A DNA stretch of 63,058 bases, filler included, from Hyphochytrium catenoides (lineage: Eukaryota; Protista; Hyphochytriomycota), in the NCBI GenBank assembly GCA_900088475.1. It is 6 parts of 6 records of this genome, joined end to end, with 100 filler letters (N's around TTAATTAATTAA, not from the genome) between each part and the next. Parts side by side here need not be neighbours in the genome. Positions count along the whole stretch, not along the records: positions 34,386 to 49,830 come from FLMG01002276.1; 5 more parts are not named here. One strand, written 5' to 3'. Below are positions 37,131 through 48,599 of the stretch, piece by piece. Position numbers and translations under genes: made by a program. Below the pieces are notes generated by a model. The model was not told the origin of the DNA. It saw only the letters and a program-made list of their open reading frames with translations, and did no database searches. Positions within the stretch are counted from its first letter, which is position 1. Every line of letters begins with the position of its first letter.

Positions 37131-39339
37131 CACCCGACAGGTAATCACTTCTCTCTTGCCGCAGCCTCGCCAAAAAAGAGTTCATCCTGTATTACTTCTG
37201 GAGCATAATTGGCCCGTACTTCGCCAGTGGCGTAGCTCATCGCAGTTCGTTAGCAGGAAACCTAATATTCCCCTCGGATATTCAACCTTCGTTAGCCTGA
37301 TATAGACAAGAACAGTAGTAGATGACGGTGGGTTTGCGTATGCTCTGCCTGAAACAGTCGTGGGATTAACCAAGACTGTGCCCCGGATCGAATCTGCAGA
37401 CTGACTAATTGATCTCTGAAGCCCCAGTGAGCTTCAGATATCTGCCGACAATTCCCCATATCTGCCAACATTCGATTTCTTGAGTATGGCAATCTCGATG
37501 AAAGAGACATAGCAAAGCAAGTTGCCTTACTCTGATACCATTGAACCCTGGGTTCTAGGATATGCCGGTCATTAGCGCCTCTCTCGTAACTTCCTAAAAA
37601 TAACAACAAAGTGCTGAAATATCGCCAATATTTGATGCAAGGAGCTCTCCCGTAGACGTGTGAGCGGTGAAACACCGTGCAATCTTGCCCTCACTCCAGT
37701 GGAACAACGCAGAGAGTATTTATGGAGACTCAGCTTTGCCCGTAAACATCTCAGTGCCATTGTCATCCTTCTTCTGAAACAAGCAGAGCATCAGAGCGAA
37801 GCGGAAGACAAGGTCAGGAGCTCAGAAGCGAGAGCGACTTTTGAAACGTAGAGAACAGGTCTGTCAGATCCTCCCATTTCAAAAACAAGGAATTCTTGCC
37901 AGGCGAAAGACCGCATGCATGTATTCAGTCCAAGAGAAGATGCTTCTACTGAGGCTATAGCCTCCATTGCATCTTGGCGGCGGTTCGTCGTCGTCTCCTC
38001 GCTGCTACCTCTTCTCCTCAGCCCATGGCTACTACACTGCATGGCCTAGGCCTGCTCAATGATGAAGGCCACATTCGTTCACCTCCTGTTCGAGACGCTG
38101 CAGATCGGATCGGCGTTATCGGGATCCTAACCACAGTGATTGAGCTGCGTGGTTCTTGCGATGGCGCGACCAGCGCGGCGACATCGTTGGAGGCGGCGCT
38201 GGGAAGCTCATAAGTGAAAGTGTAGCACCCATCAGGTTTTATTCTTCTACCTGACCGAAGATGGAAGGTAAAATTTCCGAAAATAACTGTCACAATGCCT
38301 CAAAGAGAGGATATGTAAGTATGTGCTTAGGCGCTGCTTTGCTAATGCCGATATTATCGGAAACTAGTGGCGGTAAGCACGAATCAACAGGCCGATTGAT
38401 GTCGACACTGTGATGATGAAGAAATTTCTGCAGCTAAACTTGGCAGTAGTAGTTGGTCGCAGATGATGTTGTTGTTAGCTGCTGTTCGTGTACTCTGACA
38501 GAAAGGCCTAAGAAGGATTCTGCGATTACTACGCTGCCCGCGAAATATGGAAAGATCAAATATCTCTTCGGTATAAAAGTAGCGGAGTGCCTCTGGAACT
38601 AAGCCTAACATTTATTCTTTAGAGGAGACGAGCTTGGGATCGTGGGCTAAGACAGTTCTTCTTTTCCTGTTCTGTTCGCTCGGACGGCAGATTCTGCGAT
38701 AATCTTAGATGGATCACCGGCAGTCCTAGCAGTCAGAGCTTTTCTGTCATCCCGGAGCTTTCTTCATTGAAGCGGCGGCAGGGTAGGAAAGAAGATCAGA
38801 ACCTTGCTCCCAACACAGGAAGGCCAAGCAGCTCTCGCATAATGTTATATAGAACTTGACGCCTTCGTCACGCAGCAAAATTCTTCGTCGTGCGAGCGCA
38901 GCATGATATAAGAGAGCGAACGGCAGTGGTGATACAGCTAGGAGCTAGTTTCTCGCAGCATAAGACCGAACTGCTAACCTTCCTTTAGCCAGCACTACCC
39001 TCTCCCATCTCCTTTCCTTCTCAGGCCTTCCTCCTTCTCCTCGCAGCTCTTATCCTTGCCTCTAGAGAAAGAGGGGGTTGATTGTGATAAATAAGAGGTA
39101 TGCCAGCTTCTAATCCAGTGCGCATGCTTGAGGGGGTTCCAACCGTTGCATAAGCAAGCGTAGAAATAACAGATAAATGCGGAGTCGCAGCACTTGAGAG
39201 CAGCCAGAGGGAACTAATAGAAAGTCAAACGACTACAGCGTAGGGTGTCAAAGAGAGATCAGTAGAGAACTTTCTTGTTGGTCGGCAGGACACGCCGATA
39301 ACTGTTATCGGTACATTGCTAGCGCTTTCTAACGGCAAA

Positions 39340-41191
39340 ATGAGGCTCTTAGCTTGCTGGGCGGCGCTCGTCCTCAGCCTAGGAACTGTCCTGAACCAGG
39401 TTCGAGCTGATGGTGTGATCGATGGGGTGCAATGCGAGACCACAGAACTCTCCTACAAGTTTGCCAATACCACGGTGAAAAACCGCGTCTGCAAGCCAGG
39501 CACACTAAAGCTCAGCAACTATCACGTCGCCGCCTTCGCCGCTCAGGATGTTGTGGCAAGAGGCATCAGCGTCTGTGACGCCACATTTTTTGGCACGCAC
39601 AACAGGTAATTATTTAACTGATGGGCAGGAGCTTTTTGCTAATCCCCAGGTGTCAGCGCTAACCTCGTGCCTGTCTACTCCTTCATGCAGCAACATTAAT
39701 CAGGCGGCAGGGTTTGGCAGCTGGGATGCTCTTCTTTCGGATGGCATTGGGAAGGCACTGAAAGATCCCACTATCTCTCAACAATTGTCACAGCTTCTAC
39801 GGCTTCCTATCAGCAGTTTCCTCCCTTCTGACTTTTTGGTTCAAACATCCAACCAGGCTTTCAGCGTGGTTGACCAGCTCCGCATGGGGTCGCGCTTCCT
39901 GGAAATTGATCTGCACGACGTAGATGGCAAGATTCGCCAGGGCCACTGCAACTTTATGTCTCAAGAGCGCCTCGATATCATCCGCACGCAGCTGGCGCCT
40001 CTCCTTCCCAGCGTCACGAACATCCTTAAAAATGCTAACAAGGACGCCGCAGACATCTTTCAAAGTTATATCGTGAAGGCGCTCCTGGAGCCCCAAGGCA
40101 ATGTCACGCTTATCGGATGCAAGCCAGGACTTAGTGGTGTGCCCACAGATAAGCAGCCTGAAGCCCGCGATGTCTTTGATGATATCAACGCTTTTCTGAA
40201 GACGAAAGGCTACAATGAGACAGTCCTACACATCTACATCAACTCAGGGGGCGCGGGAGAGACAATGAAGAAGATTCGTGACATTCTCAAGGACAAGATG
40301 GAGAAGATCGCGTTCACACCTGAGCAGTTTGTTAGAGACTACGGCTCCAACTGGGCGCGAGTGACCTCTGACAGACTCTTGGCGGCTGGCAAGCGGGTGT
40401 TCTTCACTACCAATGTTGATTTGGCGTCGGTGGCTCCTGACGTGGCCTCTTTCATGTTCATGACGACCAGCCCAAACCCCACAATAAACAATTCAACAGG
40501 AACGTTCTGTCAAGGGTGGAGAGAATACCGCGAAAGGAACCAGTTGAGTCCCTTTCCTACCTGTGCAGTGCTTGACGGCGCCACTATTATCAGAGCAAAC
40601 ACTCGATTGGAGCAACGCGGTGTACTGCGCTTCTACAATTCCCACATTCATTTTGGACCTTTAGATGAGAACTTGAGCCTACGCGCTGCTAACGAGACGG
40701 CAATGCAGCAGCTCCTGAACGATGCGCGGGACTGCTATAACATTGTCTCCTGGGATGATATGACCCCCAACGGTGCCCGGAGTATGATTTGGACTTGGAC
40801 TGATAATGAGCCACAGGCTCTGGGTGATGCAAAGAGGGAGGTCTGTGCCTGCATGATGAAGAGCACGAACGGCCGCTGGAAGGCTTGCCCTTGTGATGAG
40901 CGCAATGTCCCTGTCGCTTGCCGCAGCCAAGAATCTGGCCAGTGGACTACGGCGATTGACAGCTGTCCTCCGGGTACTCTATGGGCAGTACCCCGTACTC
41001 CCTACGAGAACCGCGTGCTTGCATTCGTTAGCAATGGCCTAGAAAAGATCCGCTTGAACTATCGGACGCTGCCCGTCACGCCGGGTGATGCGCCTGGGGT
41101 CAACAACGCTACCTTTCTACAAGGTTGGAGCGGTGCAACGACCTTCGTGGTCATGGCGTTGATGGCCTGGTTGGCCTTCGCTGCCATCTAA
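39340..41191 (+). CDS. Secreted/GPI-anchor-like PI-PLC X-box (PLC-like phosphodiesterase) protein; 2 exons (39340-39605, 39691-41191)
   Basis: Signal peptide MRLLACWAALVLSLGTVL. Removing the GT-AG intron 39606-39690 (CTAAC branch point) gives FFGTHNSNINQAAGFG. Also NQAFSVVDQLRMGSRFLEIDLH, a Cys-rich lectin-like tail (WTWTDNEP...C...GRW...C...VAC...PRTPYEN) and a hydrophobic C-terminus. Confidence 0.88.
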
Positions 41192-41385
41192 TATCTCATA
41201 CCCCCGTATCTATTATAAATGTATATTTTTTCAATAACCGTGTGCTACGACGGCGGTCCTTTCAAAGGGATAAACGGTTAAAGATAGCCAATGAGCAGCG
41301 AGGACCATTGAGTACAGGGACACTAGATAAAAAAGGAAAGAGCTTCCACCTAATGGTGGAGGAGCTTCCCACAAACTTAAAATTG

Positions 41386-42618
41386 CTAGCGATCGCTACT
41401 TCTTCGCCTTGTCCGTCCCTGTTTTCGCTTCTCAGTAGCCATTTCCATCCTCAGGATCTTATGATACTCTCGCAGCTCCTTGGTATTAGCGGTCTCCTCT
41501 ATATCAAAAATAGCTACCAATAGCTGAAAGTTGGCCTTTGAGACCCCGTGAACTCCGACGTACAATGTCTGGCCGTGAGGAGGAAACTCGTAATGAAAGG
41601 TAGGGATGGTTACCTGTCACCTGCATTGTTAGGCTTGGTATGAAGGGAGTGCTTTCGTGATCGCTAGGAAGCCCGACAGAGTACTAACCTCCGCTTTTCC
41701 TTTGCTGAACCTGGCAATCCACGAACTTGACCAGGGTCGAGGAAAGGGATTGGTTGGGGAGATAAAGAGCTCTACTTGCCCGTCATCTGTGCTCGCCTCA
41801 AAGTGAACGTTGTGATCATGTTGATGCTTGGCGATACATACCTAGTAGTATGACGTGTGTTTCGGAGCGACGGCAAACGGGCGGATAGGGATGAAGATCA
41901 AGAAGATGAGTGAGAGGGGGAAGCCTTTTTTTCACAAAGGTGTGGCAAGAAGGTGGCTCCATAAAAGGCTCGGTACCTGATACCACACGAAGGCATCACC
42001 GTCCACCGTGCCCACAACGGAATGGTTGTGCTGCAGGAAGTCCGGGAGCTGCGCTGGAGCATTAGGACCAGCCCCAGTGTGGCCTTCAAGCAGTCCAGAG
42101 CTCAGCTGCAATTCGGTGCAGTAATTCTCAGCCTTATCCTTAGAAGTTTCAGCTGCAGGAAGAGTAAAAGTGTGGGATTGAGATGGCTGAGAGTCACATT
42201 CCCTTATTTGCTGTTTTGCATTAAGATGCTTACCACTTCCGCTTCCTCTGAGCTTCAACTCTTTCAAGGGCGGTTCAGTCCTAGCAGCACTGATCCTTAC
42301 TGGTCCTTTCGGTCTGTCGTCTTTATACCGGAGGGCCCCAGGTTCCCTATTCTCCGCTTCCTTGGCTGCATGTTCGGCATGCCCAGCACTGTCTGTCGAT
42401 TGTTCTAAGCTCTTTGAATTTCCTGGCGCCGGTTCTAGCACTAAACGTTGGGAGTTTTCGGTATCTCTATACACTTGGAAGCTGAAATATCCGTACAGTA
42501 GGCAGATTGCAAACACCGTAAGACAGAGGATAGCGTTGATGCCAAAGTTTCTCCCTCTCTTGACACCACTTTGTCCCTTAAAGTGGGCCCGATTAGCCTG
42601 GTGCTGCCGCAGTATCAT
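41386..42618 (-). CDS. Hypothetical type II membrane protein with C-terminal beta-rich domain; 3 exons (42618-41977, 41841-41689, 41613-41386)
   Basis: N-terminal TM (INAILCLTVFAICLLYGYFSF); two GT-AG introns keep the frame open: FVWYQ|VCIAK...VELFISPTNPFP...|VTIPTFHYEFPPHGQTLYVGVHG...RRSSDR*. Confidence 0.65.
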
Positions 42619-45600
42619 TCTTTTGGGGCATTGACCAACCGGACAAACGTGACCCTTAGGGAACTGCTACACGCAGCAATTCGACAGCAGAGCTCTAACC
42701 TTTCCTTCAACCTGCCGCAAATATACTCTCGTGCCTTTAGACATCTTTACCATTGAAGCAGAAAGAGGTACAGCTGCTGCCCACTGACGAAGAGACTCTT
42801 TGATGACTCCCCTTCACACAACTAACTCAGGCGCGGCTTCATATTTTAGAAGAGCAATAGACCCAGTACGTAGTATCCAATCAATCGGCAGCGAGGTTGT
42901 CGCGTCGCATCAGGTGCTGTGGCTGCGCTACTACTACGAGTATCATCCAGCGAACCGCACCGCAGCTCGGCAGGCTATTTATCGAGGTGGTATTAGAATC
43001 TGCAAAATCTTCGTTACTCTTCGACGAAGCTCTTGATCACTGATCAGCCTCATCGATACGACAAGTACAAGTACAAGTACCATATGCAAGTACCAATTCC
43101 CCTAGAGATACAACAATTCCCAACAATGACTCCTCCCTTTCGGTGTCTTGGCTACTTGCTACTTGTCCAGTACCTTGCGATATAAGCTCATCACCCATCA
43201 TCTCATCATACAGAAGGAGGACTCGTAGTAAAGGGCATCCTCCTCCTCTCATCTCTGATTAGAGTCTTCTTCTCTCTTACATCATGTTCTATCCGACTGT
43301 CAATCAAACCAGAAGGTTGTCCATCTGCAGATCGGGAAGCCGACGAAGAGAAGAGAGAGACACGAGCAGCATCGTCTTTCTCTTTCCCAACCATAGAGCT
43401 GCAAAATAAGACCTGCTACTAGCTACCTGCTGGTGGACATCATCGATCATCCTACTAGGGAAAGGGAGGATAGGAAAGACAACATTTAGTACACGACAAC
43501 TGACCCTCGGACTTTTTTCTCTTTGTCGTTGTCGCTTCTTCTTCTATGTCTGACAGAAGAAGACATCGTTGCAGCCTTCACAACCAGCCAACGACCACAT
43601 AATCAGCGGGCGGTTATTTATATATAATAACGATTGATGTATTTTGGGGGGCCCAACCTGCTGCGTCGTGAGGGAGGAGATGGCCCCACCACCAGTACTA
43701 CTAGCTGAGTCACACTGCACCTACCCGATGCAGCTGACGATGGTGGCGGAGAACGACTCGTACTCCGTCCCGTCGTGGGCTCCGGGGGCAACGACAACGA
43801 TTCCTCGGTCCTGTGCTACTACTGTGCGAGGAAGCAGTAGTGGTGGTGATAATAATAAGGGTGTCTTCCGAACCCTCCTGCTCATCAGCACCCCAGAGTA
43901 AGTGCCTGACAGGGCTGGCAACAAGACAGAAGACGTAGGAAAAGTCGTGCTCAGGTCTGGCGTGGCCGTTGATGTTGTCCATAGATATTCTTCAGTTACG
44001 AAGGACGTCCCTGATCATCATCATCATCATGAGGTCCCAGGACATCGGATCGTCGGCAGCCGAACGGTAGTAGCGCAGCTGTTTTTAGTTAGCCATGCCT
44101 ATTCTTCTGGCTTAACAGTAGTTAAGGGAAGCTCACCTCCTTTCCTCCTGCATCTATCTCACATGTCACTCATACACTCATGGAAGGTGACGTCGCTGAG
44201 ATCTCCGTCCAGACCACTTCTTTTTGTGCCGAAGGTCTTTGGCTTCATTGAAAGCTGGTTCTGATGTTTGACTAGTTCTTTTCATAGGTGTTTTTCTTTC
44301 CGGGCCGGGACAAAAAGTAGGAATAAATGATAGGGGAAAGTACAATCTGTCATTAGTTCCGTCCAAGAAGGAACCTTACGAAATGAATCCATCAGCAGAG
44401 CGAAACGTCACCGCTCATTTCCATCAAACCCCGTTAAAGAGCCATCGCTTATTGCTTTTTTTTGTTAACATGCTCTTTGTGTAGCAGTTCTACACGGACA
44501 GCAGAAATGATGGTCTTTCAGCCCAATACAATGACTTTAGAGTTGTTTCCATTCTCGATAATATCATCAGCAGTATACCACCACCACCGGAATATCCGCT
44601 AAGGTCTCGTCGGCTCTTCCTTCTTCAGTTATGACCACCGTTTGGCGGTGTTCTTCTACTAACAGCTGCTCGTAGTAGAAGAGCCGGTACCTTAGCTAGC
44701 TAGAGACATGTGAACACTGTAATAATAGCTGTTCTTCGTCGCGCGAATGGGGTCTAGATGAAGGACTAGTAGTAGATGCGGTTCATGAAGAAGCTTCGCT
44801 GTTCCCTATTATTAGCAAGTTTCAGCTCTGTTGCCGCGGTCTATCATGATATTCCTTACTAGCTATTAGAAACGACAAATACTTGAGATAGAGCCTCGGT
44901 ACACTAGGACCACCCGAGCTGCCTAAAGCGTGATGACGAGTAGTTCAATCTCTTCTAAAGGAGCTGGCTGGCCACCAAGTCCACGGACAGGCTGTGCACC
45001 ATCACGGGCGACCTCAGCAAGAAAGCAAACAATACCACGACGGGAAGTTACCTAACTGGCAGCAAGAGAGTGACGACTGACTTTCTTCCTACACCGCACA
45101 AGAAGGGAGAAGATAGAAACAAGGGAACAAAATGGAAGGAAGCTAAGCTGCCAGGTATGCAGCAGAGCTGGGTGCTGACCATAGGAAGAGTCCGTTTCCT
45201 TTAGTTCTCATTAAACTCAAGGTCTTTCGTTTTCGTCTAGTGGGTGTGGCGTGACGACAAGAGAGTTGAAGCGACTTCTTTCGTGATGCGGTGGCTCATC
45301 TGCGCTTTCTACTTGACAATGCACACAACAGGGCACAAGGAAGAAGACTAGAAGCAGCCCAGATTAGTCTCTAAACAGATGTCATACCTAACATACAAAG
45401 AGTGCTTTAGTAATACTCACTCTTCCTTGTTCTTAGTTAGGGGATGTATGGTGGTGATGAGGTCTCGGCGGTGAGGTTACATCCGTCACCCTGCCGGCCG
45501 TAGGGAGGTAGTAGTGTTGCCTTGGGCCATTATCTAAACTATCTCTCGTGTCTCTTTGTCGTTCGTGCCTCCTACTAGTGAAAGACAAAGACTCCTCTTA

Positions 45601-45869
45601 CCTACCTATGATGATCTTTGGTTCATCGCAAACTCAGCTGCTGGTGTGGTGCTAATCCTCTTCTTGACTTAGATACAAGTAAAGCCGGAAAACTGTTGAA
45701 ATGCTTTTAACCATGGGCTGATAGTTGAGGACAGTCTTATCACATCATGATTCTTAACTTATAGAAAGGGTCAATACATAACATCAGATTGTTGGCGTAC
45801 ATTATCTTAAAGCGAAGCGAACATCAACTCTATTTGAGGATGGAAGTCAGGAGACCTCCGCATCTCATT

Positions 45870-46790
45870 GTCTGATCACCGGCTTTCAAAGGAACTTAAC
45901 AGGGTGTCGTCGTCATCGATCCTGCGCAGACAGAGGTAACTACTACCTTGGCATCAATGGGATAGCAACTCGGGAGTGATGCAAGATCATATTCAGGACG
46001 GATGGATGTTATTCAGATCAATCACAGTCCTGTGATGGGCTATTTCACAGGTCAAGCCTGCACAAGCCTATTGAAACAAAGGGTAAGACATGAGCACACA
46101 AGCAACGGCACCAATCACGACTTGTTTTAGCATACTGATCAACATCGTCTACGAGCAAAAGCATTAGAAACAGCGGCATCAAAGTTAGCTGGAGGAGGTA
46201 AGAAGGAAAAGACGGTACCCCACTAATAACCATTACGGAGCGGACAGGCGAAGAGGGAGAAGCTCATGCTTGCAGCAGGCAATCCAAATTCGTTGGAAGT
46301 CATAGCTGACAAAGGAACCATTCTTCACGTAGTACGAGAGTCATGCGAGATCAGAGTGGGAAGAATGTTCAAAGGCCTTACATCTATAGGGGGTGGTTGA
46401 TGACCGACTGTCCTATCGGACCATGAGTATACTAGTACGCTCCTTATCGCATAGCGAAGCGGAGGATTGCAAGCGATATGTGTTCGACGATCAACCAGAG
46501 AAGTCTAATCACTTTGCTTTCGTTGATTGCCGACTTTGCAATTTCGCCTTCTTCGCTCCTGCTCATCAGCGAATAGACGTAAGTACCTTGGCATTAACAT
46601 TGAATGAATAATGGCCACTCCTATTCCAGGATCATGTGGACGGACCGAGGTTATTCAGGTCAGTCACCGGCCTTCGATGATCTACCCATTGTAAGCTTGC
46701 ACTGCGCTATTAGTACAACAAGCTGCAGACTTGAAGGATCCATAGAGTTGGAACGAGCTCTACGTTAACCATGCTGACTCTCCCTTGAGA
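45870..46790 (+). repeat. Diverged ~0.64-kb tandem subrepeats, with further copies at ~48390-48950 (+) and ~35180-35475 (-)
   Basis: Shared blocks TCT(G/A)ATCAC, TACCTTGGCAT and GGACGGA..(G)A(G/T)GTTATTCAG at ~640-nt offset; 46240-46790 aligns by eye to 48390-48950. Confidence 0.75.
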
Positions 46791-48599
46791 GAGTGTCAGT
46801 CTAACGTGAGATTGCAAAGGTGATATACATACTAACATGCAAGAGAGATTGGATCATCAAGAGGCTATTGTAAGAACACCATGCAACGAGGAAGAGAGCA
46901 AGAAGGGAAAGAAAGACGAACATCCTTCACTAGAGCCATTCCATGACTCTTCTAGTCAGGACTACTAGCAGTCTTGAGGGTATTCTCGAAGAGGAGACCC
47001 CGTATGCCATACACCAATCCTTGCCCGGTCCCTATCCAAAGGTCCAGCGGAGGTTAGTAGTAGGGATGTGCCTGCTAGGAGTACACGACGTATAACACCA
47101 GCTTAACCTCTGATCCTGGAGATCTGTCATAGGACCAGAGTGCCTCAGACTTCTTCGTCAAAAAGAACCTTTGATAAGTTCCGAGAAGATGTAGGGGAAG
47201 TCTGCGCTGACTCTATTGTCGCGCTATATCTCATCATCAATATTGTCGCGCTATATCTCATCATCAAGCTATTCCATACTCATTCATTGGCCCTTCGTTG
47301 CAGACGCACTACCACCAGCTCCCACTAATTCAGTCGTTTGCGAGCAGCCGCCGTGAAAGTGTGGCCAGCAAAGTAAGCGGTTGCGGTTCTTATAGGAATG
47401 GGAGTAATGTGTGCGTATAATCTTCAGACGTATCATGACAGGCGGTAATGACCAGGATAGGGTATCATCACAGGACATTCGCTGTGTTTTGCACCATCAT
47501 TGATGGGGATGAGGCGGCGCAAAAAAGCCTTTTGCTCTGGACGAACCTTGACTACTCCTTCTGACCCAGAATCTAGAGGCAGCTCTACGGTACAGCCTTG
47601 ATTGACTAGCACTTTTCCTGGTGCCGATTTCAAGAATAGGACTTCTTAGCACCTGGCAGGCTTAATGATGTCAACTTCGACAGTCACTCTGACAGACTAC
47701 CTCAGGCTCCTTAAGTACACTTCCGCCGGCTACGGCAATCTAGCGCACAGATCATCTCTCCTCCAGAACCAGCACTATTAATTCTCTGCCCCTCATACCA
47801 GCCAGAGCATAAGCACACCAATCGTTGCTTCGTCACTCACAGATACTTTTGCCCACATCACGCTAAGCTACTCGTAAACGTCCATTCACGTTTAATTAGG
47901 CTTTAGAAGATAGAGCCACAGGAGGGTGAAGCCTGTCGAGGTTGCGGCACGAGAGAAGTGGTAAGCCTGTTCACGGACTGAGTGGTGCTTCCCATATTTG
48001 GTTGGTCAGGACATCGATCATGAATGGAGACTTACGCATGAGCATTATACTTGCTCGTGCACTTAATAAGGAGACCATGTGCTTATAAACTTTGCCGCAT
48101 GGAAAGTCCAGTTATTTGTCCGGTCCACCACTTTCTCTTCCCAAAAAGGAACTGAGAGAAGGAAGGGACAGCGTAGTAGAAGATCTTGAGACACCATTGT
48201 CAAGCCAATTGGAAATGTCTCTCTTTTGAAGTCATCAACCGTGGCAAGAATCAGAGAACACTTCTGTTTTCGTCATCCGCACCAGGTAAATCAAGGATGA
48301 ATGCAAAACATTAGAAGGAGGGCAATTCAGTTGAAGGAGAGACTGTCAGATTTGCATCAACCGACTTTTCCGTCTCCCTTACCTTGACAGGTACAGCGGG
48401 CAGGCGGAGAGAGCGCTAGCTTATGCTTGTAAGCAAGTCAGCTTCTTAGTAAAAGAAGTTATAGGATCATGCGAGGTCAGTAGTGTCGTGTACGGACGTT
48501 GGAAGGGCCATGACTCGATAGTTGATGACTGTCATATCGATATCAGATCATGATGAGTATACTAGATTAGAAGAAAATCATATTTCTCTCAATATTCTT

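Noticed and set aside
39548-39690. Programmed frameshift or alternative genetic code in the PLC-like gene
   Set aside because: Explained by a canonical GT-AG intron; intact genes splice without internal stops.
13206-41191. Phospholipase gene cluster (FAM151, PLD, PLC-X)
   Set aside because: The three genes lie on three different concatenated scaffolds.
46510-46580. Hammerhead-ribozyme-like core on the minus strand (CTGATGA...GAAA-TTGC/GCAA-TC)
   Set aside because: Stem III is good, but stem II is only 2 bp, stem I is 2 nt out of register, and the paralogous copies at ~35360 and ~48720 lack the core.
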